This document shows, piece after piece, positions 14,174 through 27,914 of a DNA stretch of 64,000 bases. Positions within the stretch are counted from its first letter, which is position 1; each line of letters begins with the position of its first letter. This DNA comes from Octopus vulgaris (Eukaryota): contig OX597823.1 in the NCBI GenBank assembly GCA_951406725.2, positions 92,690,001 through 92,754,000 of the forward strand, written 5' to 3'. Below the pieces are notes generated by a model that saw only the letters and a list, made by a program, of their open reading frames with translations, was not told the origin of the DNA and did not search any database. Made by a program: the position numbers and the translations under genes.

Positions 14174-14577
14174 AAAACGCATCTCGCATTTGTATAGAAT
14201 TTATCAAAATCCTTGTTTTAAGTTTTCCTTTTCTATTACTTTTCGAATTATTACTGGATGATCCCTGCTATTTTACGAGATTGCAAAATTAATTTGCAGT
14301 TTTACAAATTAGAAATTTTTAATTAAATTAAATATAATTTAATTTAAGAGAGGAAAACCTGTTATTATATTTCTTTCAAAATATTCTCTCTTCACTATAG
14401 TCCTGCTGAAATAACATCAAACAGGAAAGACAACCACCATCACCGTTGATATACTCGCATCGAATTTTCATCAGAAATAACAAAATCGTCGTCACCTTCC
14501 GCAACATCATCATCAGCAGCAGTAGCTGCAGCGTCAGCACTGCCACCACCATCCCACCATCGTCATCGTCATCGTCG

Positions 14578-14624
<47 letters not shown>

Positions 14625-14646
14625 TTCATCGTCGTCGTCGTCGTCG

Positions 14647-14691
<45 letters not shown>

Positions 14692-14744
14692 ACACCACTA
14701 CCACCACCACCATTGTTGTCAACGTCGTAATCACCATGGATTTG

Positions 14745-14892
14745 CTGTGCGGTAAGTAGCTTGCTTACCAGCCATATGGTTCCTGGTTCAGTCCCACTGC
14801 GTGGCACCTTCGGCGAGTGTCTTCTACTATAGCCTCGGGCCGACCAAAGCCTTGTGAGTGAATTTGGTAGACGGAAACTGAAAGAAGCCCTT

Positions 14893-14936
<44 letters not shown>

Positions 14937-15160
14937 CATGTGTGTGTGTGTATGTTTGTGTGTTTGTTTTTCCCCCAACATCGCTTGACAACGGATGCTG
15001 GTGAGTTTACGTCCTCGTCACTTAGTGATTCGACAAAAGAGACCGATAGAATGAGTACTAGGCTTACAAAGAATAAGCCCTATGGTAGATTTGCTCGAGT
15101 AACGGCGGTGCTCCAGCATGGTCGCAGTCAAATGAATGAAACAAATAAAAGAAAAGAAAA
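14745..15160 (+). mobile_element. SINE family A, full length with internal (TA)n/(TG)n
   Basis: ggtaagtagcttgcttacc...gggccgaccaaagccttgtgagt...cagtcaaatgaatgaaacaaataaaaga. Confidence 0.88.
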
Positions 15161-16222
15161 GAAAAGTAAAGAGTTAACTCCATCAGAGTTACTTCTGTCT
15201 CTCTAATAACCCCCAGTGCCATCATCCTCATCGTCATCTTTATCATCTTCATCAATATTATCATTTTCATACTCATCCTTCTAATCATCATCATCATCAT
15301 CGTCGTCGTCGTCATCGTCTACGTCCTCCTCCTCATTCTCATTCTCACCATCATCATCACTATCGCCGTCAACGCCGTCATCAGAATTATTACCGTCAAC
15401 ACCACCACCACCACCACCACCATCTTCATCATCATCATCATCATCATCATCACCATCATCATAAAAATAGCTATAAAATGAAAACTTTCATTGTCTTCGT
15501 CATTAGCTACTCCCACCTTTTTCGAAATCAAAATTGCAGTCATCACTTCCATAGTTAACAGCATCGCTTGTATTATTCAAACCACTCCAACAAAAGCCTT
15601 TATTGATATCATGATCTTCAGCACCATTATCAACACCACCACCACCACCATCATCATCATCGTCACCGCCACCACCACCTCCATCATATATCCGCAATAA
15701 GCTAGGATTTTTATTTTTATTTTTTTTTGTCTCTGCGTTTGTTGCAATCATTTTTAAAAGAAGTCTTCATTAAAAGATATAATTAGGTGAGTGTTCTTAG
15801 CTTCTTTTCTTGTTTTTTTTTGTTAAAGTTTGGCGTTAGTTTAAGGACCTATTTTTTCATACCCACTCACACACGTATTACACACACGTTAATACGTATG
15901 CACGTATTATAACATACACATATGTGCGTGTTTGTGTGCCTGTGTGTGCGCGTGTACATACACACATACGTATATACGCTTGCAAACACGCCGCATATAT
16001 ACTCAAACACATACATACACGTATGTCCTACGCAATCATTTCTTTTAAATAAACTTTTAATTCCTTGTTAATATTTTATTTTTTCTTTGTTGGAAACAAG
16101 GTTTTTTTTTATATATTTCTTCCAAAATGGAGATACGTATTGATTGGTTACAACGATGACACTGCGAATATGAAAATATCATTGTTATTGCTATTATTAT
16201 TATTATTATTTTTATTTTTTTA

Positions 16223-16269
<47 letters not shown>

Positions 16270-16971
16270 GCACAGCTTCTAATGCAGGAGATGTACTACA
16301 GTGTCAGCTGTTCAATACCAGTAGACTAAAGTAACACCTCTTATTTTTCGAGGATTCCTGTGTATTCGAGCTGTTCCAAGCAGTGCTGTTTTCTGCAAGT
16401 GCTCCGCCCTTATTGCAGCCCCTATTTGTTCCATTTACTTATTAAGATTTTTACTCTCTATTCTCAGTGCTCTGACACTTATTGGTACTACTGCCGCCTT
16501 TTTCATCGACCACAACTGCTGAACCTCCCGAGCTAACCTGTCATATCTCTCGACTTTTCTTTCTTCCTTATCGCATACCTTTTTGTCAGCTGGGTGTGTT
16601 GTATCTATGATCCATCATAGTTTGTTTTCTTTCTCACTTAAGACTATATCTGGCTTCCTATTCTCTGTCTCATGGTCGGACTGAATCATAAAATCCCATA
16701 GGATCTTTGCATTTTTATTTTTGACAATGTCTTCAGGTTTGGGTTCGTATTAATTTTTAGCTCTGTTAAGTCCATACTTGTTGCAAAGTGTTCAATGGAC
16801 AAGCATGGCTATGTTGTCGTAGCGTCTCTTATATTCCTTCTGAGCTAGTGGCGTACATTGCCAGGTAATATGCCATACGGTTTCACCGTTTTGTCCACAG
16901 ATTCTGTATTTATCACTTTCTGCTGTGTTGTCTATTCTGTATTTTATGTAGTTTGTTCTTAGAAATTGCTC
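16270..16971 (-). pseudogene. Dong/R4-like RLE LINE 3' end, 5'-truncated, inserted in (TAA)n
   Basis: EQFLRTNYIKYRID...YRICGQNGETVWHITWQCTPLAQKEYKRR, then ...KILWDFMIQSDHETENRKPDIV...LQKTALLGTARI with stops/frameshift; both flanks are (TAA)n. Confidence 0.88.
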
Positions 16972-17052
<81 letters not shown>

Positions 17053-18330
17053 CATCATTATTATTTTTATTATCATCATCACCACCACCATCATCATCAT
17101 CAACATCACCACCATCATCATCACTACCATCACCACCACCCCTATCACTATCATCATCATTAACATCACCACCATCATCATCATTACCACCATCACCATC
17201 ATCTTCATCATCATCATCACCAACATCACAATTATCATAATCATCATCATTATCATCACCTCCACCACCACCACCATCCCTACCACCATCATCATCATCA
17301 TCATCATCGACGGCACCATCACTCACAATCTTGTCAGGAAGTGTTATTCCACATTGGATGAACAAAATATTCGTTCACATCCTTCGCCTTACACCGAAGG
17401 CGTTTTCTGCTGAATTACTCATACTTGCAATCAATGATGAACGATGGAGAGCCGCGAATATATCGCTGTCTAGAAACTCTGAGGTCCGAATGTAAACGTT
17501 CCATACTGGGGCCATTTAGTAAACACACACCTCTGTTTCCAACGACATAGAGGTCTACATCCTTTGTTGTTCCATGCTGATATGTCGTCTTTTATGCTCC
17601 CTTGGTGTATCACTACTAATTTTCTAAAGGCACACCAAGTTTTTTGAAAAGCAGTTGTATTACGGTAGCATAGGCTTAGTTGTACTTCTCATACTGACTT
17701 ACTTAAAAGCACTATAGATGTGTGTGCGCGCGTGCGTGTGTGTTATATATGTGTGTGTGTAACATAGGCACATTTGAATGCAAAATTCTACATGCAGGAC
17801 AACGCTGAGCAATAACATAATTCCAAATTTAATCAATGAAATGTCTTATATAATATATTCCATGAGAACTAACATGCACCGTAATTGACATTCCACGACG
17901 CTCTACTAACAGCAGACAAATGAAACTAAGCAAAGATTATAAAAAGGAAAAGATGAACCGGAACGCTCAACAGTTCGCTGAAGTCTAAGTAAGCCGAAAT
18001 TTTCAAGTTACTGTTTACTCAACTCTTGTTGAAGAATGAATTCGTACTTAACAAAACGTATTGGGTACATAGAAACATATATCAATATATATGTGTGTGT
18101 GTGTGTGACAGTTTGTTTGTGTGTGTGTATATACTCTTAGAAAATGCCGTGTATACAATATGGTGCAGTGTACAAATGACGCAGAGTGAAAATTGCACCA
18201 AAATATGGTCGCCAAAAATATTCTTGTAATCTCTGTCTCTCTGTTTCATCCTATCTCAATGTCTTTCTTTTAAACTCTACCTCTTTCTCTCTCTTTCTCT
18301 CGCTATATATTTTCTTTTTGTGAATTCCCC

Positions 18331-18379
<49 letters not shown>

Positions 18380-18639
18380 CTATTGAAAAGGTTGCAAGAC
18401 GCAACGAAAAGTTTAGAAAAATAAAATAGTAATAAGTGGGAATTTTAGCGGTAAGTGTGTTACATAATAAGGAACAAAATGAAAATGACTCTCCCCAGAC
18501 ACAACAGTATATATAAACCATGCGCACCAAAAAAGTATATATAAAGTTACAAAGTGAGGAAATGAGAGGGTATGTTAAGCATCCAATTCACTGGTAATTC
18601 AGTTGGATACCGTATAAATATTGGTATAATACAATTATA

Positions 18640-19007
18640 AAGATAAAATAAATATAGGGATATTCGATTGACAATCCAATAATTTATTTATATTACAATA
18701 TTACATTGAATACGATGAATATATTATATAACATAACATAATATTATATTATGGAAATAATATTAAAAACCATAAACGGTCAACAAATTGTTTCGACTTT
18801 ATATATATTTTTAATGGGACTGTGATTACGCGTATCAGAAAATAAAAATATAGGACGAAACGAGTTTTGGCATTTTATGGTTTTCATAGTTATTTAAGTT
18901 ATATAATATTATGTTAAGTTATATATCGTTTTCATCGTACTTAATGTAATATTGTAATATAAATAAATTATTGGATTGTCAAAAGAATATATCTATATTT
19001 AATTTTT

Positions 19008-19010
<3 letters not shown>
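18640..19010. repeat. AT-rich inverted repeat (~135-bp arms, ~95-bp spacer)
   Basis: gacaatccaataatttatttatattacaatattacatt vs aatgtaatattgtaatataaataaattattggattgtc. Confidence 0.85.
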
Positions 19011-19048
<38 letters not shown>

Positions 19049-19082
19049 CACATTCTTTTCTTCTCTCCTTGTTTTATTCTGT

Positions 19083-19124
19083 GTCCCTTTCTGTAGAAGA
19101 GCGTAGGCTCGAAACATAAAGGAC
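19083..19124 (+). ncRNA. Hammerhead-like motif with variant core (CUGUAGA)
   Basis: gtcccttt-CTGTAGA-a-gagc(gtag)gctc-GAAA-ca-TA-aaggac. Confidence 0.45.
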
Positions 19125-19235
19125 TTTTTCAATTCCTGAGCGTTATACTAATACAATTGTTTGTTTTTGTACACCACCTGTCTTCGTCTTTTGATTTTTT
19201 CGTGAACTCTCCCTATATATATATATATATAAATG

Positions 19236-19280
<45 letters not shown>

Positions 19281-19306
19281 ATGTATGTATGTATACGTTT
19301 TTACGC

Positions 19307-19706
19307 TTTTACTTGTTTCAGTCATTTGACTGCGGCCATGCTGCAGCACAGCCTTTAGTCGAGCAAATCGACCCCAGGACTTATTCTTTGTAAGCCCAGT
19401 ACTTATTCTATCGGTCTCTTTTGCCAAACCGCTAAGTTACGGGGACGTAAACACACCGGCATCAGTTGTCAAGAAATGCTAGGGGGACAAACACAGACAC
19501 ACAAACACACAGAGGCATATATATATATATATATATATACATATATACTACAGGCTTCTTTCAGTTTCTACCAAATCCACTCACAAGGCATTGGTCGGCT
19601 CGGGGCTATAGCAGAAGACACTTGCCCAGATGCCACGCAGTGGGACTGAACCCGGAACCATGTGGTTGGTTAGCAAGCTACTTACCACACAGCCATTCCT
19701 GCGCCT
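19307..19706 (-). mobile_element. SINE family A, full length
   Basis: Close match to the family A consensus on minus. Confidence 0.9.
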
Positions 19707-20090
19707 ATGTATATATGTATGTATATAAACGCGTTTAAAGAACGCGTTTATCATTGCAAACATTGGCAAAAAACATACCTTTATTTCGTATACGTAATTT
19801 CTACAAGCCTATAAAATTAGACTTTAAACTGTCTTCTTACATTTCACTTCCAGTAAATATATCTATTTCCACGCCTTTCACCTTTATTCCTATTCACCTA
19901 TCGCACTATATTTTTCCACTTTTAATTTACTGTTTATATCGTTCTTTGTCCTTCCTTTTCTATAAATTCCCTTTCACGTCATATCGATTAACGTTTTTTT
20001 TTTAAATAACGTACCAGCAGTCTCTTCATCATATATGCAGTAATCACATTCCGTTAAAATGACTTATCGTTGCGTTTTGCTTCTCTTTGT

Positions 20091-20174
20091 TTCCCCTGAT
20101 GAAAAGATTGCAATGTTTTGCAACATTTTATTTCTTCTGTAATAATACTAATGTTTTCGAAACATATGTCGGAA
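20091..20174 (+). ncRNA. Type I hammerhead ribozyme motif with long stem II
   Basis: ttccc-CTGATGA-aaagatt...aatgttttc-GAAA-catatg-TC-ggaa; palindromic CATATG stem III; GUC triplet. Confidence 0.65.
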
Positions 20175-20207
20175 GTATAAAGATTTGAATAACACTTGTG
20201 TTTAACT

Positions 20208-20251
<44 letters not shown>

Positions 20252-21381
20252 CATTGAAATTTACAGAAAAGCAAAAGTCTAAGGCAGGTGTATAACCAAG
20301 AAGCAGGTATATTAGTCTGACGTTCAGGAAAGTAAGAAAGTGTGTTACGTTTCAAACATATGATTTTCAACAGAAAAGAACACAATGTAATAAACGGAGT
20401 GAATAAAAAACTTATGGATTTAGCAATAACTCTTATATATTTTTTATATACTATATATTATTTATTACTTATTATTTAATTGAACGCTACCCATACATTT
20501 CCAAGAAAGTTTATCTTCACCTTTTTTATGCGACTCACTCCTCTATACTGTTTTCTTCCTCCATCCTTCTCTAATTCCCTATTTCTCCCCTACCTCCTTC
20601 ACCGCTTTCTATCTATCTCTCTCTCTCCAAATTTCTCTTTCTCTCTCTCGTTGCTCACACATGACCATCGGCCATCTTTCATTTCTTCACGTGACCAACT
20701 TTCTTTTCCTGCACGGACGTTTAAAAGAACGACGTGTTCTCTCGCTTCTATCTTTTCTCTTAAAAAAATGTTTCTCCAAGCGTTCAAAATTTTCCTCTCG
20801 TTCAGGTCTAACGACACTCCATGTATGTTTTCGTACGGTTTCCTCGTATATCTCCACTGACATATTCTTTTTCCATCTTTGATCTTCCATAAATCCTAAA
20901 TTTTATTTTAGAATTTATGGGAGCAACTCATAATGTCCTTTAATGCTCAAAGCGAGGAGTAGGTAGACAGCGGATAATTGTTTACATATTTCACTCGTTT
21001 TTTCCTCGCTTGTTTACGCATTTCTTTATTAGTACTCCTGTCGAACCGCAACTTTACAGGGACGTAATCAAACCAACATCGTTTGTCAAATAGTGGCGAG
21101 AGACAAATACAGGTAAAATGTACACACTCATATATATTTATATATCGTGGAGTAGATAAAACAGGCGACAACTGAAGGGAATGTTCTTTATGTTGTCTGT
21201 CGCGTTTTCCTGTTTGTTTCTTTCATTGTTCGAAAAAACGTGTTTTCTATGATTTTGTTTTTTATGTGCTCGTTTCTCATTTTGTTCAGGTTTTTTTTTT
21301 TTGGCGTCCTGTACCCATTTATGCATGTATGTATACATATATATGTAGGTATGTACATATATGTATGTATATATGCATATA

Positions 21382-21412
<31 letters not shown>

Positions 21413-21639
21413 CTTGTATATAAGATCGGCTTCTTTCCGTTTCCTTCTACTAAATCCACTAACAATGCCATGGTCGGCTCAAGGCTATACTGGGATAGAG
21501 TTGCCCAAGGTTAAACTCAGTAGGGCTGAACAAGGCACTACGTGACTGGGTAACATCAGCTGTCAAGTGGTAGAGGAGGTGGGGGACAGAAATAGACACA
21601 GAGACACAGCCACATAGACATCTAAACACACGTGCATAC

Positions 21640-21880
21640 ACAATGATACACAACCTCGCAGAGCCTTTAAACAAAAACCTTACCAGTGAATGTGGTTTTG
21701 CGGCACGGAGCAAAACAGGCCTTGCCGTCCACTCCAGAAAACATGTAATAAATGATCCACAAACACTCAAACTAACTGAGTCCTCAACTTGTTCTATTTG
21801 CCAAAAGATATGCAAGGCACGAGCAGACTTGTTCTATTTCGAAAATGGTTTGTAAGGCACCAACAGACTTCAAGAAACAC
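21640..21880 (+). pseudogene. Probable LINE (RTE-like) C-terminal C2H2 zinc-finger remnant
   Basis: ECGFAARSKTGLAVHSRKH...CSICQKICKARADL. Confidence 0.45.
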
Positions 21881-22198
21881 GTTAATGTCCAGAGAACAAA
21901 ATTAACACTTTATTTTACTGAACCCTCATTTGTTGTTCACGCCGAGAGAATCTGTCATATATATGTATCTACACGATGAGCTTCAACACAATTTCCATCT
22001 ACCAAATTTAATAAACAATCGGTCGTTTCGGGACTACAGTAATTCCACGCCATGTCGCGGTTTACATATCGCGGTTTATTATTCAAGCTTACGTCGATTC
22101 GTCTGTGGTGTTTTTTTGCATTTATCATAAAATAAATTACGGAGATATACTTGCATAGCAAGTGACCTGATCTGAGATCGTGTGGTGGAATGAAAACA

Positions 22199-22441
22199 AT
22201 TGCCGCGTGGAAGGTGTTTATAAACCATTTAAAACAAATAAAAAAGTTAGATTCACTTCAACCTTTAAATTCAATTTGCCAAAATATTTTCGTCGCTTTA
22301 AGACCTCAACCTGTTCACTGACAAAATAACGTACGGCATCTAAAAGCGACGAAAATATTTTGGCAAATTAAATTTAAATGTTGAAGTGAATCTAACGGAT
22401 TTTGCGTTTTAACTGACTTATAAAAACCTTCCACGCTGCAA
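22199..22441. mobile_element. Foldback/MITE-like inverted repeat (~100-bp arms, ~40-bp spacer)
   Basis: gttagattcacttcaacctttaaattcaatttgccaaaatattttcgtcgcttt vs aaagcgacgaaaatattttggcaaattaaatttaaatgttgaagtgaatctaac. Confidence 0.8.
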
Positions 22442-23215
22442 ATAAAATAAATATATACTGATTTTTAAAAAATTATTTTTAAAATGTAGAGAACATTACT
22501 GCCTCTACTTCGCGAATGTTCACCTGTCGCGGTGGGTTTTGGAAGGCAACATCCGAGATAGTTGAGGGATCACCATATACTATAAGGTGCCTATCAGGGG
22601 ATTTGAACATGAAACCCCTTGGTTGAAAAGAAAACTTGTCAACCACACCACCAAGACGGCGGCTATGAAGAAAGTAGCATTGAATAAGAAACAGTCAATA
22701 AATGAAACCGTCACAGATTAATTTTGGAAATGCTTCATGAAGCGCCTCAATCTCGTATTTCTATGGCACGGCATGTCATCTTTATACTACTTCCTTCAGT
22801 CGTGTATAATTTTCAGCAAAAAATGTTGAACATACATATCGGTGCACATGGACGGATGCATGATTTGTACATAAGACTAAACAGATAGGTCAAACACAAA
22901 TGCACAGCCACATGCACCAATATAAACACTTGCAAAAGACATGTCTGTATACATACGTGTATATATTTAGAGAGAGTGAGACAAAAGGAAAGAATAGAGT
23001 TGTGCGCGAATGAGTGTGGTCTGTGTGTGTGCGTGTAGTGTGTATTTGTGTGGGGAACGTGGATACACGTATATTTGCTTCTTGGCAACTGCACACATGT
23101 GTACGTATGATTGTATGTAACTGGATTTTATAGGTTTATATGTACGTACGTATGTATTTATAAATGTATGTATGTAAGTGTGTATGTGTATATATATATA
23201 TACATATATATATAT

Positions 23216-23282
<67 letters not shown>

Positions 23283-23419
23283 GATACATATACATATACA
23301 TACACACACAGAGACACACATATATAGTTGAAATATATAGAAAAACAAAAGACGAAGAGAGGTGTATGAACAAGCAAGTGTATTAGTTTGACGCTCTGCC
23401 AAAAAAAAAAAAAGAAAAT

Positions 23420-23458
23420 GTCTTTTATGTTTCGAGCCTACGCTCTTCAACAGAAAGG
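23420..23458 (-). ncRNA. Hammerhead-like motif with variant core (CUGUUGA)
   Basis: Minus: cttt-CTGTTGA-a-gagc(gtag)gctc-GAAA-ca-TA-aaag. Confidence 0.45.
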
Positions 23459-23874
23459 AATAAGAGAAAATAAACACAGAAAGCGTGAAAAAAATTTATA
23501 GATTTCGGCGGTCCAGCATGGCGAATGATTGGAAAAAAGAGATGTTGCATGAAAGGGAGATAATAAGGTGATAGTCATCCCAACAAGAGAAGGTGCACGT
23601 GAGTATATGTCCATGTGAGAATGGTGTGTGTGTGTGTTTGTGTGTGAATAGAGTCGAGTGACTCTAGGTGGGCGAATGTGTGCGTGTGTAATGTGTGTGT
23701 GTGTCTGTGTTTGTTGTTTGTAGTAATTGACTTTTGCTGTATCCCGTGCTGTGTGCACATGTGGGTGTGTGTCTGTGACCAAGCGGTGTGCGTGGGTATG
23801 GTGTATATAAATGGGCGAAATTTATCCTTATCTATGTACGTTGCATGTGTTAATACATGTAGTGTGTGAATATA

Positions 23875-23913
<39 letters not shown>

Positions 23914-24413
23914 CCTGCGTTCAAGTATTATGTGCGCTTGTGTTAGTGTGGAAGTGTACATGATAGTGTTTGGTGTGTGTACTGAGTTAAAGTGTGTGTG
24001 GCTGCTCATATAGTGGAATATGTGGTGATGCTATTGAAGCTTGAGTGTGGGTGTGTGGATAATGGTGTGTGGTGTGGGTGGTGGGAAGTGGTCATTGCTA
24101 GTGTGTGTGGAGTGATGTGGGGTGGGTATCAAATGAAGAGAGGAGGTGAGACTGGTGTCATATGAAGAGAGGAGGTGCGTTGAGGTCATGTGGGGCAAAG
24201 AAACGAAGAGAGAAGATTAATTTCTGTTATATATATATTCTATTATTTTACATGTTGCATTCAATTTACTGCCGCCATGCTGGAGCAACGTCTTAATTTT
24301 GCGAATAAAGGGTTCAACGTTGGTTCTATGTCAGCATGTGTATATAAGAATTTTTGCGGAATAAGATAAAAAAAACCAAGGCTGTGTAGATACTAGAGCA
24401 TTTATAGATAAAA

Positions 24414-24466
24414 TGTCTTACAGCTGTTTCTAGGATATTTTGTTAAATATTCCTTCATCGAGACGG
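24414..24466 (-). ncRNA. Degenerate type I hammerhead motif
   Basis: Minus: gtct-C(-)GATGA-aggaatattt(aac)aaaatatccta-GAAA-cagctg-TA-agac; core lacks U4; palindromic stem III. Confidence 0.5.
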
Positions 24467-25875
24467 TGTGAGAAGATGGTTAAGTCATAGTTCGTTTAGA
24501 TGTGATACAAAATAGACATGTTTCTATAAATTTGCTACCCAAATGTTGATATATAGTATATAGAATAAATATACAGCGATGAATTCTATACCAATAACAA
24601 AATATATTATTTTCCTGCATACTTTCAATCGGGAGTTTAAACGTTCATATTGTCCTGCTTTTTGCGAGGAATGCATCTATGACTTTGGAGTGGTATGGTG
24701 GTTGAAGCAATGTTATGTTCATCGTAGGTTTTTTTTTTGTAAAATTTTCGGTAATATATTAATATATTTTACTGTGTTAGGACGGCGAGCGAGCAGAATC
24801 GTAAGTACGCCGGTTAAACTGCATAGCGTCATTTCGTTCGACTTTACGTTCAGAACTGAAATTCCACCGAGGTCGACTTTGCCTTTCGAGATTGATAAAA
24901 TAATTACCTACTAAGCATTGGGTTCCATGTAATCGACTTACCCATTTACCCAAAATTACAAACGTTTTGCCAAATATGAAACCTATATCTTTTACTGCGT
25001 TTTACAATCGGTAATAGATTGAAAATGCGGCGAGCTGGCAGCGTCGTTAGTAGATCGGATAAATTGCTTTGTAGCGTTTGTTTCCTATCCTTTTAATCGT
25101 GCCATTAAGTCTCATGAATGGCAGCTTTGTATTTCCTCCTTTCGTACTCGATAAAAATAAGGTACTGGAGTCAATGTATTCGACTTTTACTCTCCTCTCA
25201 AATGTGTAGGCCTTGAAGCTGCAACAGACCAGCATACCTTTCAGAGTGGATGTTATATCCCCAATATGTATGCTAATGAAATCTAGTAACCGCGGTAATG
25301 GGACATCGAGCAATGATAACATTTTTAAAAGAGATTGGTGAAATTAGAATCTGCTTCATGACTTTTCATTTAACTTTATAATAAATTTGCTTTAGCGGAG
25401 GTGAGAGTTATGTTATAATAATTCTTTTTTCTCTGGTCGATTTTACAAGTGAACTGTTTGACTCTGGTCGTGTCTATTTGTCCTTTAAATCTTGTATTTC
25501 CCAAAACGCAGGTTACAAAAATGAATTGCAGAGCGATCACTTGCATCGAAACTACAATGTTTTTCCGTAGATCAGCTGATGATAGCAACTGCAATAAAAA
25601 GAAAATAACCATTTGGTAAGTATATCGAAGAGTAATATTATATTTTTATGCTGTGTTAGCAAACGCATCAATGAATATATTCATATTCACAGTTCTGATA
25701 TATTGATATATAAAAATGACGAATGCGTAATATCAGGGAAGAGTATTTGCTGCCTATAAATTTTAACAACTCATTTCAACTCTTCATCCGTCCTCTGTTG
25801 AATATCAACGAAGCCAGAGGACATGAAAATCCTTACTACAATATGAAAAATGCCAAGCCTATGAATATATCAACG

Positions 25876-25928
<53 letters not shown>

Positions 25929-26389
25929 CTGCAGAAAAATGTATTTTCACTATACTCAGGAAATATATATTTGAATTATTAATATAACACTCCCATTTTC
26001 TCAGTTGATATTAAATGCCATTTTTTTACTACAAATATAAGCGATTCGATAAATATTGTAAAGGAATTTTTATATATTTTCAGTTTCCCAACCAGCTTTG
26101 CAGCTCCGTAGAAAATATATCAACCAGAAAACCTTAAAATTATATTCCCCATTGAAGAAAATATCACTTCTTTTAATTTTAATGTTTCAGTGGTGTTAGA
26201 AACATGAAAATATCTCAGAGATAATAGATGAAAATTATAAAACAATATATATTTTCAAATGTAGGATAGTCTTAAACCTATTATCAAATTCATTGAGAAA
26301 GCTCTGTAAAAGTATCACATGTAAGTACACATATATATGCATATACGTATACATGTATATATATATACATATATATAATGCATAAATAC

Positions 26390-26637
26390 ATGCGTCCTTT
26401 TAAAGCCTAACCAGGCTCATGGGCCCTGTTTCCCGGTTTCTATGGCGTATGTGTTCCCCGGCTGGACGGGACGCCAGTCCATCGCAGCGTTACTCATTTT
26501 TTGGCAGCTGAGTGGACTGGAGCAACGTGAAATGAAGTGTTTGCTCAAGAACACAACTCGTCGCCCAGTCCAGGAATTGAAACCACAATCTTACGATCAT
26601 AATGCTGACGTCCTAATCACTAAGCCACGCGCCTCCA
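26390..26637 (-). mobile_element. tRNA-derived SINE (further family)
   Basis: Minus head ggaggcgcgtggcttagtgattagg...ggtttcaattcctgg; related copies near 32650-32870 and 42420-42550. Confidence 0.7.
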
Positions 26638-26718
<81 letters not shown>

Positions 26719-27589
26719 TACAAAATGGGACAAGAACGCAAAATATCCAGAGAGACGATACAAAGAAAACAGGGACGGGTCATTCGAGTTTTCTTTCCTC
26801 AGTCGAGTTCCAGATTATCTTTGCAGTTTCGGCAAGTATATAAGCAAAGTAGCCAGTTAGAAAATGTAAATAAGTGAAGAGACCAGTAACTATATTGATC
26901 AGTAAAGTTAATCGCCATATCAGCATGGCTGTTCGATGCTACCAACATTTTAATCCGAGGCAGATATTCCGCGAACTGGGGATAGATGCAACCTACAGCC
27001 TGCATATATGGCAAGCAGGGGAATGAACACCTACCATCAATTAGCAGGCGAAAGGATCGGATCACGAGACCAGCTCGGTTCTGGGCTGTTTCTGAAATTC
27101 TCGAACCACGCGCATATAGCTGTATATAACAGCATTTAAATTTGCCATATCCCGTGATTTTATATACATACATATATATATATATCTACCCACACGCACA
27201 ATTACACACATACATATCTAAACATATATTTGTGTGTGTGCGTATATTCCGGAGTAAGCACAAAAATGTGAAACAAGGTGTTAAAAAAGAGTACTCATAT
27301 ACCAAAGGTAGAGTAATATGCTTTATTTAAAAGCAGCAGAAATATAACAAAAGCTGTTAATCAGAGTTTCACGTTCCTGTTCGTCGTATATATATATGTG
27401 TGTGTGTGAATGTATTCATACATGGATCAATCGATAGATAGATAGACATGCGTCGGATAGAGTAACTTGAGGCTGAGTTTCTATGTTCACATACCCTTCC
27501 TGTCGTCCAGTCGGCATCACCCACTGAGTGCAAGTAAAGTAGTAATACTTCCGCTTTCACAAACGATTCGTAACAAACGCCGCCTTCTA

Positions 27590-27882
27590 ACCTTTCGGGT
27601 TCGATTAGATAAGTACCCATAACGCACTGGAGTCGATACAATCGACTTAATCCATTTGTCTGTCCTTGTTTGTCCACTCTATGTTTAGCCCCCTGTGGGT
27701 AGTAAAGAAATAGGTATTTCGTCTGTCGTGACGTTCTCAGTTCAAATTTCGCCGAGGTTGACTTTGACTTTCATCCTTTCGGGGTCGATAAATTAATTAC
27801 CAGTTGCGTACTGGGGATTGATTTAATCGACTATCTCCCTCCCCTCTAAATTTCGGGCCTTGTGCCTAGAGTAGAAAAGAGT
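27590..27882 (+). mobile_element. SINE family B (composite)
   Basis: Matches the family B consensus. Confidence 0.8.
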
Positions 27883-27914
27883 ATTATTATAGTGACTGGT
27901 GTTGTTAGTATCAA

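Noticed and set aside
25440-25621. Possible plus-strand exons ending in GTAAGT (also 37852-37968)
   Set aside because: Splice-like motifs only, with no recognisable protein and no consistent gene model
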